Below are positions 39,316 through 50,102 of a DNA stretch of 64,000 nucleotides, one piece after another; the first letter of the stretch is position 1, and the number at the start of each line of letters is the position of its first letter. This DNA comes from an uncultured Candidatus Binatia bacterium. Lineage in GTDB: Bacteria > Desulfobacterota > Binatia > UBA9968 > JAJDTQ01. Made by a program: the position numbers and the translations under genes. The notes under the pieces were generated by a model. The model was given only the letters and a program-made list of their open reading frames with translations. It did no database searches and was not told where the DNA came from. The stretch spans positions 2,816,001-2,880,000 of the forward strand of contig OZ219754.1 of the NCBI GenBank assembly GCA_964291295.2. Reading direction: 5' to 3'.

Positions 39316-40884
39316 TCAGGACAGCCGGCGCAGGATCCGGCAGATGCACGCGGCTGCCGCCAGGATCAGGACGTAGATGAGCGCCACCGTACCCCAGCCG
39401 GGTCTGGGCAGGGAAAGCGCGGCCAGGGGAAGATCGGAAAGAAGCGCCACGACCCGCAGGAACAGCGCGACCAGGGGCTCCAACGCCCGGGCCAGGAGCG
39501 CCGACCCGCCGGAGAGGAACAGGCACAAGGCGCCCATGAGCAGACCCGCCGGCACGATCACGAAACCCAGCAGCGGAACCAGCAGCGGGTTGGCGATGAA
39601 ACCGGCCAGGGACAGGTAGCCAAAGTGGTGGGCCACCACCGGCCCGGTGCCCACGCTCGCGAAGAACGGCACGAGAATCGCCAGCAGGACGGCAGACCGC
39701 CACCGCCCCGGCCATCCTCCCGCCGGCGAGTCCGGCGGACGCGAAGAAGGCGCCTTGTGGAACAGCCGGATGCCGCCGACGATCGACAACACGGCCAGGA
39801 AGGACAGCTGAAACGACACCTCCGTCACCGCCCCCGGCCAACACAGCGCGGCGATGACCGCGGCCCATGCCAAGGCGCGGAGAATATCCACGTGCCGCCC
39901 GCTCAGTACGGCCAGATGGTACAGCCCGATCATGATGGCTGCGCGCACGGTGGGAATGCGCCCCCCGGCCACCACGGTGTACAGGACCACCGGCACCATG
40001 GAGCCCAGGGCCGCCAGCTTGTACACCGGCAGGCACAGCAGCAGCCGGGTGCTGCGCCCCGCCAGCACCCGCAGCAGCAGGAGCACGGCACAGGCGAGCA
40101 TGCCCACGTGGAGGCCCGATATCGACAGGACGTGCGACATGCCGACGGCGGCGAAGCGCTGCCGCGTCTCGCGGGAGAGGCTGCCGCGGTCCCCCAGCAC
40201 CAACGCCCGGACGAGCCCGCCGCCGTCTCCCTCGAAGCGGCGCACCACGAACCGCCGTATCCGCCGGCGCGCCGTCTCGATGGCACTCCGGAGACCCGCA
40301 CCGCGCCGGACCCGCACGGCGTCCCAGTCGCTGTGCAGGTAGGCGACCCGATAGATCCCTCGCCGGGCCAGAAACGCCCGGTAGTCGAAGCGCCCGTCCC
40401 GGTTCCTGGGCGGCCGCAGGCGCAGCGGAACCCGGACCACGTCCCCGTAGTGCCAGTGGCGGTACGCGTTGCGGACGGTCACGAGCAACTTCCCCGCGGC
40501 CTCACGGGGTCCGTCAGGGGTCCAGACCCGCGCCGCCGACAGATACCAGCGACTCCAGGCCCCCCGCCCTTCGGGCTCGCGATAGAGCCTTGCCTCGACC
40601 AGGACCGCCTTCTCCTGTCGCACGACGGAGCGTACATCCTCCGGCCCCGGCTTGGCATGCAACAGCCGATGATGGGCGCCAAGACCCCAATGGAACGCCA
40701 GTGCGCACGCAAGCCCGAGCAGCCCCCAGCCCCGGCTGAAACAGCAGGCCGTGAGACCGGGCAGAAACAGCGCCGCACCCCACCAGGAAAGGCCGCCGCC
40801 TTCGGCCGGCACCGCCGCGGCCTGCCCCGCCAGGAGCGCCAGCAGTGGCAGGACCAGTCCCGCCGTGGGTCCGGGCCGTTTCAC
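39316..40884 (-). CDS. comEC: ComEC/Rec2 DNA uptake membrane protein (no metallo-beta-lactamase domain)
   Basis: OB-like region (PRN..FDY..FL), G.SH.LSISGLHVG, RA.IM, FQLSF, ANP..VP. Confidence 0.88.
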   Translation of the reverse strand: MKRPGPTAGLVLPLLALLAGQAAAVPAEGGGLSWWGAALFLPGLTACCFSRGWGLLGLACALAFHWGLGAHHRLLHAKPGPEDVRSVVRQEKAVLVEARLYREPEGRGAWSRWYLSAARVWTPDGPREAAGKLLVTVRNAYRHWHYGDVVRVPLRLRPPRNRDGRFDYRAFLARRGIYRVAYLHSDWDAVRVRRGAGLRSAIETARRRIRRFVVRRFEGDGGGLVRALVLGDRGSLSRETRQRFAAVGMSHVLSISGLHVGMLACAVLLLLRVLAGRSTRLLLCLPVYKLAALGSMVPVVLYTVVAGGRIPTVRAAIMIGLYHLAVLSGRHVDILRALAWAAVIAALCWPGAVTEVSFQLSFLAVLSIVGGIRLFHKAPSSRPPDSPAGGWPGRWRSAVLLAILVPFFASVGTGPVVAHHFGYLSLAGFIANPLLVPLLGFVIVPAGLLMGALCLFLSGGSALLARALEPLVALFLRVVALLSDLPLAALSLPRPGWGTVALIYVLILAAAACICRILRRLS

Positions 40885-42734
40885 CGCCGGTGGACGGCAA
40901 CGAAAGAGTCGCGAATGCGCCGGGCCACGGTTCCGGTGATGGAAGGCACCTCCAGGAGTTCCTCCAGGGACGCGCCGCGAAGCCGCTTGAGGCTGCCGAA
41001 TCGCCGCAGCAGCGCCCGTCTCCGGGCGGGCCCCACGCCGGGAATCCCGTCGAGCCCCGAACGCAGAGTATCCCGGCTCCGGATGGTCCGGTGGTAGGTG
41101 ATGGCGAACCGGTGCGCCGCGTCGCGTATGCGCTGGAGCAGAAAGAGCGCATTGGAGTTGCGCCGCAGCACCACCGGATTGCTGCGGCGGGGCAGAAAGA
41201 TCCGTTCCTCCGTCCGCTCGATTTCCGCCAGCCTCGGCGACGCCGTGACGCGCATCTTGGCCAAGGCCACCACGTCCACGTCCGTCACCCGGAGGTCCGC
41301 CAGCGCCGTGAGTGCCACCTGCAACTGTCCCTTGCCACCGTCCACCACCATGAGATCCGGCAGATCGCCCTCCCGCTGGCCGCGCTGGAATCGCCGCTTG
41401 ATGACCTCGTACATCATGGCGAAGTCATCGCCCCGGCTCTCGGGATCGACGGTGCGCACGCGGTAGCGCCGGTAGTTCCGCTTGTCGGGCTCGCCGTCGA
41501 AGAACGACACCCGCGATCCCACCGCATGGGCGCCCTGGATCATGGAGATGTCATAGCACTCGATCCGTTGCGGATACCGCCGCAGCCGCAGCTTCTGCTG
41601 CAGTTCCCGCAGCATCTTCTCCCGTTCCCGCTCCTGGTCGTGGCGTTCGCTGAAGCTGTGGCGGGCATTGTTCATGGCCATCTCCAGCAACTTGTGCTTC
41701 TCGCCCCGGCGCGGACGGTGCAACGTCACCTTTCGGCCCTTGCGCTCTTCCAGATAGTCCTCGCGCACAGCACCGTCTTCCAGGTCCACCGGCACCAGGA
41801 CCTCGTCGGGGACAAAGCGATTCCCCTGGTAGAACTGGGTCAACAGCGCGGCCACGATCTCCTCGTCGTCGAACTGGTGGTCCTCAAGGGAATAGGCCTG
41901 GTTGCCGGTGAGCTTCCCCTGCCGCACGAAGATGACCTGGGCTTCGATGAATCCTCCTTCGCGATACAACCCGAAGATGTCCTGGTCCGCACCCCAATGG
42001 GACACCATGCGCTGTTTCTCCAGAGTCTTTTCCACCGCCCGGATGCGATCCCGGAGCCGCGCCGCCTGCTCGAACTCCAGCGCGTTGGCGCGGGCCCGCA
42101 TGCGGGTGCGGAGTTGCCCGAGCAGGTCCGCGTTCCTCCCCTCGATGAAGAGAACGGCCTGCCGCAGATTACCGCCGTACTCATCCGGGTCCACCGGATG
42201 GACGCACGGCGCCGGACAGCGCCGTATCTGGTATTGCAGACACGGACGGTCCCGATTCCGGAAGTTGTAGTCGGTGCAGGTCCGGAGCAGGAAGTGTTTT
42301 TCGATGACATCCAGGGTCTCGCGCACGGCCACGGCCGAAGCGAACGGCCCGAAGTAGCGGCTGCCGTCCCTGACGATGTTGCGGGTGGCCAGCACCCTTG
42401 CCCAGGGGCCGGCCGTGACCTTGATGCTCAGGTAGCTCTTGTCGTCCTTGAGGCGAATGTTGTAGCGCGGCTTGTATTGCTTGATGAGATTGTTCTCAAG
42501 GATCAGGGCTTCCTTCTCGTTGCTCGTGACCAGGCTCTCGATGTCGCCGGCCTGGCGCATCAGAAAGGCGATGTGCGGGCGCCCGTCGCCGCCCCGGAGG
42601 TAAGCCCGGACCCGCGCCCGGAGGTCCTTGGCCTTGCCCACGTAGAGCACCTTTCCCGCGGCATTCCGCATCAGATAGACGCCGGGTCCGGTGGGCAGCG
42701 TGTCGAGCTTCTCCTTCAGCTCATCGATCTTCAT
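40881..42734 (-). CDS. uvrC: Excinuclease ABC subunit C
   Basis: GIY-YIG (PGVY..YVGKA), RIECYDIS, VDGGKGQ, HhH GIPGVG. Confidence 0.97.
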   Translation of the reverse strand: MKIDELKEKLDTLPTGPGVYLMRNAAGKVLYVGKAKDLRARVRAYLRGGDGRPHIAFLMRQAGDIESLVTSNEKEALILENNLIKQYKPRYNIRLKDDKSYLSIKVTAGPWARVLATRNIVRDGSRYFGPFASAVAVRETLDVIEKHFLLRTCTDYNFRNRDRPCLQYQIRRCPAPCVHPVDPDEYGGNLRQAVLFIEGRNADLLGQLRTRMRARANALEFEQAARLRDRIRAVEKTLEKQRMVSHWGADQDIFGLYREGGFIEAQVIFVRQGKLTGNQAYSLEDHQFDDEEIVAALLTQFYQGNRFVPDEVLVPVDLEDGAVREDYLEERKGRKVTLHRPRRGEKHKLLEMAMNNARHSFSERHDQEREREKMLRELQQKLRLRRYPQRIECYDISMIQGAHAVGSRVSFFDGEPDKRNYRRYRVRTVDPESRGDDFAMMYEVIKRRFQRGQREGDLPDLMVVDGGKGQLQVALTALADLRVTDVDVVALAKMRVTASPRLAEIERTEERIFLPRRSNPVVLRRNSNALFLLQRIRDAAHRFAITYHRTIRSRDTLRSGLDGIPGVGPARRRALLRRFGSLKRLRGASLEELLEVPSITGTVARRIRDSFVAVHRR

Positions 42735-42768
42735 GCTCGCTCGGCGGCGGCTCCAGGCCCGTGGGGCC

Positions 42769-44781
<2,013 letters not shown>

Positions 44782-44897
44782 GGAGAAGAGATATCACCGC
44801 GGGCGACGGGTGTGCAAAGCCGCGGCTCTCCTGGACACCGGCCGGACGAAACTGCTATGTCCTGTCTCACCATCAGCCTCCAGTCCCATCTGTCTCC

Positions 44898-46130
44898 ATG
44901 GAAAAATTCGACCTGACCATCATCGGCGGCGGCATCGTGGGGCTGGCCACGGCCATGCGCATGGCGCACCGGCATCCCCGGCTGCGCTGCCTGCTGCTGG
45001 AAAAGGAGCCGGAACTCGCCACCCATCAGACCGGCCACAACAGCGGCGTCCTCCACTCCGGCATCTATTACCGTCCGGGATCGGTCAAGGCCCGGACCTG
45101 CGTCGCCGGCAAGAAGGCGCTCCAGGAATTCTGCGACCAACACGCCATCCGCTACGACCTGTGCGGCAAGGTCATCGTCGCGACGCGCCCGGAAGAGGTG
45201 TCCCGCCTGGACGAACTGCACCGGCGGGCCCAGGCCAACGGCGTGGAGGGTGTCCGCATGATCGATCCCGGGGAGCTCCGGGAGATCGAACCCCACTGCA
45301 CCGGAATCAGGGCGCTCCACGCCCCCTTCACCGGGATCATCGACTTCGGCGCCGTGGCACGGACCTGTGCCCGCCTGTTCCGGACGGCCGGCGGCACCAT
45401 CCGCACCTCCTGCGAGGTCACGGCCATGACCCGATCGCCGGGCAGGTTCGTGATGGACACCACCGGCGAGGCCGTGGAGACACGCACGCTGATCAACTGC
45501 GCAGGGCTGTTCGTCGACCGGGTGGCGGCCATGACCCCCGGGTTCGCATCCCGTGTGCGGGGCGGCATCGACGAGCCCGTGCGCATCGTCCCGTTCCGGG
45601 GTGAATACCATCGGCTCAAGTCGGAAAGGCAGGGACTGGTCAAGGGGCTGGTGTATCCTGTACCCGACCCGCGGTTTCCCTTTCTGGGGGTGCACTTCAC
45701 CCCCACGGTCCACGGCCGCGTGGAGGTGGGCCCCAACGCGGTCCTGGCGTTCGCGCGGCAGGGCTACCGGCAGCGCGACATCAACCTGCGGGATCTGTAC
45801 GAGGTCCTTTCCTACCGCGGCTTCTGGGCCATGGCGCGAAAGCACTGGAAGACGTCCCTGCCGGAGCTCCGGCGCTCGTTCGACAGGCGCGCCTTCACCC
45901 GAGAACTCCAGCGGCTCATTCCGGAGATCCGGTCGGAGGATCTCGAATACAGCGGCGCCGGCGTGCGCGCCCAGGCGGTATCGGCCAGCGGCAGGCTGGT
46001 GGACGACTTCGTCATCGCCGAGTCCGAGGGTGCGGTGCACGTGCTCAACGCGCCGTCGCCCGGCGCCACGTCGTCGTTGGGCATCGCCGACGTCATCTGC
46101 CACACGGCGGCGAAACATCTGGGATCCTGA
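44898..46130 (+). CDS. lhgO: L-2-hydroxyglutarate oxidase family FAD enzyme
   Basis: IGGGIVG, HQTGHNSGV.HSGIYY, PFLGVHFT, GVRAQA, NAPSP.AT. Confidence 0.9.
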   Translation: MEKFDLTIIGGGIVGLATAMRMAHRHPRLRCLLLEKEPELATHQTGHNSGVLHSGIYYRPGSVKARTCVAGKKALQEFCDQHAIRYDLCGKVIVATRPEEVSRLDELHRRAQANGVEGVRMIDPGELREIEPHCTGIRALHAPFTGIIDFGAVARTCARLFRTAGGTIRTSCEVTAMTRSPGRFVMDTTGEAVETRTLINCAGLFVDRVAAMTPGFASRVRGGIDEPVRIVPFRGEYHRLKSERQGLVKGLVYPVPDPRFPFLGVHFTPTVHGRVEVGPNAVLAFARQGYRQRDINLRDLYEVLSYRGFWAMARKHWKTSLPELRRSFDRRAFTRELQRLIPEIRSEDLEYSGAGVRAQAVSASGRLVDDFVIAESEGAVHVLNAPSPGATSSLGIADVICHTAAKHLGS

Positions 46131-46161
46131 AGACAGGCGGCAGCACCGGGAGGCACCTGCA

Positions 46162-46689
46162 ATGCTCATACAATACAAGGGGCAGCGCCCCAGGATTTCA
46201 CCCCAGGCCTTTGTCGCTCCCACCGCCGTGCTCATCGGCGACGTCACCGTGGAGGCCGGTGCCAGCATCTGGTTCGGCGCGGTGCTCCGTTCCGACGAGA
46301 ACCAGAACCCCATCGTCATCGGCGCCCGGAGCAGCGTTCAGGACAATTGCGTGATGCATTCGGGCGAGGGGGCGGTGATCATCGAAGCGGACGTGACCGT
46401 GGGTCACGCCGCCATCATGGAGGGAGCCACGGTCCGACGATCCGCCATCATCGGCATGAATGCGACGCTGCTGGAAGATACCGAAGTCGGCGAGGAGTCC
46501 CTGGTGGCCGCCGGCAGCGTGCTGGTGCCGCACACCCGCATTCCCCCGCGCTGCCTTGCGGCCGGCAGTCCGGCGAAGGTCAAGAAAGAGATCAGCGGCG
46601 AAGCCCTGAACTGGATCAGGATGGGCTCTTCGACCTACACCGAGCTGTGCAGGAGCTACCTGGGCGGCGACTTCAAGGTGGTGGGCTGA
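46162..46689 (+). CDS. Gamma carbonic anhydrase-like / PaaY-CaiE hexapeptide protein
   Basis: IGDV, WFGAVLR.D, QDN..MH, TVGH, GSPAK. Confidence 0.88.
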   Translation: MLIQYKGQRPRISPQAFVAPTAVLIGDVTVEAGASIWFGAVLRSDENQNPIVIGARSSVQDNCVMHSGEGAVIIEADVTVGHAAIMEGATVRRSAIIGMNATLLEDTEVGEESLVAAGSVLVPHTRIPPRCLAAGSPAKVKKEISGEALNWIRMGSSTYTELCRSYLGGDFKVVG

Positions 46690-46710
46690 CACCGCGCCCG
46701 GCACCGGGTC

Positions 46711-47532
46711 CTATCGCTGGCACCGGGGACAGTAGAAGGCGCCGCGGTTCCCGAGCCCGATGCGCTTGATGGCGGTGCCGCATCCGTAACAGGGCGCGCC
46801 CTTTCTGTCGTAGACTCGCAGACGCCACTGGAAGCCGCCGCGCCGGTCGTTGCCGTCGCGGTAGTCCGATACCGAACTGCCGCGCCATCGGATGGCCTCG
46901 CGCAGCAGCGCACGGGTCGCACGCGCCAGTTCGGCGCACCGCGCCCTGGATATGCGGTGGCTCCGGCGGGTGGGACGAAGCCCGATCCGGAACAGCACTT
47001 CGTTGACGTAGATGTTGCCGAGCCCGCAGACCACCTGCTGGTCCAGCAGCAGGTCCCGGATGGTTCTGCGGGAACGGTGCAGGAAGGGTTGGAGGTAGTC
47101 GCCGGTGAAGCGGCGGTCCAGCGGATCCAGGCCGAGTCTTGCAAAGGGCGGCCAAGCCTCCAGCTCCCGGCTGCGCAAGAGCACACAGAGCCCGAACCGG
47201 CGCGGGTCGTGGTAGCGGAGCTCGCCGCCGTCATCAAGCGTGAAGACCAGGTGGTCGTGCTTCTCCACGGGCGCGTCCGGCTCCCGGAACGCCAGCTTGC
47301 CCGACATCCCCAGATGTGAGACCCAGGTCCACCCCGCCTCCAGTGCCGTCACGATATACTTGCCGCGCCGGGTGACCGCGGCCACCCGGCGTCCCTCCAG
47401 GGTCTCCGCGAAGTCCCCGGCCACGGGCTGACGCAAGCGCCCCTCGATGACCCGCACCCGGACTATTCTCACGCCGCAAAGCCGCTCCCGCAGAGTGCGG
47501 CACACGGTCTCGACCTCAGGCAGCTCCGGCAC
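46711..47532 (-). CDS. mutM: Formamidopyrimidine-DNA glycosylase
   Basis: PELPEVE, RRGKY, HLGMSG, GLGNIY, C-terminal zinc finger. Confidence 0.96.
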   Translation of the reverse strand: MPELPEVETVCRTLRERLCGVRIVRVRVIEGRLRQPVAGDFAETLEGRRVAAVTRRGKYIVTALEAGWTWVSHLGMSGKLAFREPDAPVEKHDHLVFTLDDGGELRYHDPRRFGLCVLLRSRELEAWPPFARLGLDPLDRRFTGDYLQPFLHRSRRTIRDLLLDQQVVCGLGNIYVNEVLFRIGLRPTRRSHRISRARCAELARATRALLREAIRWRGSSVSDYRDGNDRRGGFQWRLRVYDRKGAPCYGCGTAIKRIGLGNRGAFYCPRCQR

Positions 47533-48388
47533 GACTGCCGCTCCCCTGTGCGCCGCCGGCCTCCCCGAACGCGCGGGCAAGCCGGGAGAATTCCCGCAGG
47601 TCCAACGTCTCGGCCCGACGCCGGGGATCGATGGCGGCCCGGCCGAAGATGTCCCGAGCCCGGGCATGGAACAGACCCGCCAAGGCGTTGCCCAGCATCT
47701 TGCGCCGCCGGGCAAAGCCCGCACGCACCACCATCCGCAGCAACGACACCTCTTCGACCGGAACCAGCGGCTCCCGGTCCGGCTCGATCCTCAGCAGCAT
47801 CGACTCCACCCTGGGTCTGGGCGTGAACGCCTCCCGGGACACCGCCACCTTCCGGGTCACCCGCCCGTAGAGCCGGCACCAGACCGAAAGGGCTCCATAG
47901 GGAGGCGTTCCCGGCGGCGCCGCGAGCCTCCGGGCGACCTCCTTCTGCAACATGACCACCAGCACGGAGAAACGCGGGCCAGCCTCGAAGAACCGCAGCA
48001 GCATGGGTGCGGCCACGCTGTACGGAAGATTGGCCACCACCTTGACTCCCTCCCCGGGCAGCAGCCGATGGAAGTCCGTGGCCAGCACATCCTCGTGGAG
48101 GAGCTGGAAGCCCGGGCAGGACCCGAGCGGGCCGTCCCGGAGCCACCGCACCAGCAACGGGTCCACTTCCACGGCCCAGACCTTCCGCCTCCGCCCCACC
48201 AGACCGCGGGTGACGAACCCGAGGCCCGGCCCCACCTCGAGGATGCGGTCGTCTTCGCCCAGGTCGAGAAGCTGAAGGATGGTATCGATGACGCGCTCAT
48301 GCACGAGAAAGTTCTGCCCGCGCGCCCGGCTGGGTGTGAACCCCAGCCGGCGCCAAGCCGTCCTTGCCTCCTGGTGAAGCGTCGTCAT
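47516..48388 (-). CDS. rsmA: 16S rRNA adenine dimethyltransferase
   Basis: GQNFL, EVGPGLG, ANLPY, MLQKEVA, P.P.V.S. Confidence 0.95.
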   Translation of the reverse strand: MTTLHQEARTAWRRLGFTPSRARGQNFLVHERVIDTILQLLDLGEDDRILEVGPGLGFVTRGLVGRRRKVWAVEVDPLLVRWLRDGPLGSCPGFQLLHEDVLATDFHRLLPGEGVKVVANLPYSVAAPMLLRFFEAGPRFSVLVVMLQKEVARRLAAPPGTPPYGALSVWCRLYGRVTRKVAVSREAFTPRPRVESMLLRIEPDREPLVPVEEVSLLRMVVRAGFARRRKMLGNALAGLFHARARDIFGRAAIDPRRRAETLDLREFSRLARAFGEAGGAQGSGSRAGAA

Positions 48389-48451
48389 GTCGAAACCGCC
48401 GCCGGCAGAGCGTCGGGGTGGGTCGTCGGGGCGCCGGGCAGACACCTCGGG

Positions 48452-49447
48452 TCAGAGGATCAGCGCGGGGTCGGCATTCAGACGCGGACCGCTTCGACCG
48501 CCCTGTCCCAGCCGGTGGCTCCCCACCAGCGCCACCATCGCACCATTGTCGGTACAGAAACGCGGTGACGGGTAGTAGAGTTCGGCCCCGACCGCGGCGG
48601 CCTTTTCCGCCATCTTGCCGCGAAGACGGCTGTTGGCGGAGACCCCCCCGCCCAGGACGATGCGCATGATGCCGAACTCCGCCACCGCCGCCAGGGTCGG
48701 GGCGATGAGCATGTCCACCACCGCCTCCTGAAAGCTGGCCGCGATATCCGCCATGGCGTCACGCCAGTCGTCCGGCCGCTTGCGAGTGAGGTAGTGCCAG
48801 ACGGACGTCTTCAGGCCGCTGAAGCTGAAGTCATAGGGGGTGCGCAGGCGCGCCCGGGGAAAAGCGACGGCCCGGGGGTCGCCCTGTCTGGCCAGGTCGT
48901 CGATAACCCTGCCGCCGGGAAAGCCCAGCCCCATCATCTTGGCGACCTTGTCGTAGGCTTCGCCGGCGGCGTCGTCGAGGGTGCCCCCCAGATGCTGGTA
49001 TTCGCCGAACCCCCGCACCACGTAGAGCAGCGTGTGCCCCCCGGAAGCCACCAGCGCCAGGTAGGGGAAGTCCACTTCCTTCTCAAGAAAGATGGACAGC
49101 ACGTGCGCTTCCAGATGGTTGACGCCCACGTACGGTATCCCGGAACGAAAGGACCAGCCCTTGACGAAGGAGAGGCCCACCAGGAGCGAGCCGGTCAATC
49201 CGGGTCCGCAGGTGACCGCAAGGCCGTCCAGCTCCCCAGGGGCCACCCCCGCCTGCTCCAGCGCCCGGTCCACCATGGGTTCGATGGCGCGAACATGTTG
49301 CCGCGAGGCCATCTCCGGAACGATACCGCCGAAGGGTGCGTGCAGAGCGTCCTGGGAAGAGACCAGGTTCGCACGCACGGCCCGGCCGTCTTCGAGAACG
49401 GCCGCCGCGGTATCGTCGCAGGACGTCTCGACACCCATCACGATCAC
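48452..49447 (-). CDS. tsaD: tRNA t6A37 threonylcarbamoyltransferase
   Basis: ETSCDDT, HLEAH, SGGHT, DDAAGEA.DK, FSGLK, TDNGAM. Confidence 0.97.
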   Translation of the reverse strand: MIVMGVETSCDDTAAAVLEDGRAVRANLVSSQDALHAPFGGIVPEMASRQHVRAIEPMVDRALEQAGVAPGELDGLAVTCGPGLTGSLLVGLSFVKGWSFRSGIPYVGVNHLEAHVLSIFLEKEVDFPYLALVASGGHTLLYVVRGFGEYQHLGGTLDDAAGEAYDKVAKMMGLGFPGGRVIDDLARQGDPRAVAFPRARLRTPYDFSFSGLKTSVWHYLTRKRPDDWRDAMADIAASFQEAVVDMLIAPTLAAVAEFGIMRIVLGGGVSANSRLRGKMAEKAAAVGAELYYPSPRFCTDNGAMVALVGSHRLGQGGRSGPRLNADPALIL

Positions 49448-49475
49448 GAGTCACCTCCGTCGAGTTTCGTGGCGG

Positions 49476-50102
49476 CTACCATGACTTTGTCCTCGAACGT
49501 TGCCTGCTCGAAATCAGGCCGCGCTTGGCCGAGGGGTTGGACGGATCCATGGAAAGGGCCCTCCGATAGGCCGCTCCCGCGGCATCGAACTGCCCCAACG
49601 CACGGTGGTTGTCCCCGCGCAGAACCAGACTCCGCACCAGCCATGGCGGATCGTTGCCCAGCATGGGCTCGGCAACATCCAGGAAATCCAGCGAAGCCTT
49701 GAAGTTGCCCAACTGGTGGTGGGCCCGCGCGATGTAGTAGTGAACATGGGGACTGCTGCCACCGGTTGAAAGGCTCTTCTCAAGCTCGGACAGCGCAAGG
49801 GTGTAGTGACCGGACCGGAGCAACCGCTTGGCCCGCTCGATCATGCGCGTCGAGGCGACACGCCGGGACGACGCACCACGCTTCATGCGAAGGCTGCGGT
49901 CGGCGAGGGCACCGGGCGCCGCCTCCGGGCCGTCGCGCCGGGACTCCGCCACCGCGGCAACGGAGGGGCCATACCCTGCGGGAGACCCGCAGGCCGACAC
50001 AATGGAAACCGCCGCGACCCATGCCGCGGTCCGGAACAGCCACTTCAACCGGCCCGCCGCGCGGCAACAGGGCGGGACGCGGCAACCGCCCCCTATCCGC
50101 AT
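49476..50102 (-). CDS. TPR-repeat lipoprotein
   Basis: Hydrophobic stretch ending VSAC (lipobox-like), then about three TPR-like helical repeats. Start uncertain (50102 or 50048). Confidence 0.7.
   Translation of the reverse strand: MRIGGGCRVPPCCRAAGRLKWLFRTAAWVAAVSIVSACGSPAGYGPSVAAVAESRRDGPEAAPGALADRSLRMKRGASSRRVASTRMIERAKRLLRSGHYTLALSELEKSLSTGGSSPHVHYYIARAHHQLGNFKASLDFLDVAEPMLGNDPPWLVRSLVLRGDNHRALGQFDAAGAAYRRALSMDPSNPSAKRGLISSRQRSRTKSW

Noticed and set aside
44782-44897. SOS/LexA box upstream of uvrB
   Set aside because: No palindrome matching a LexA motif I know.
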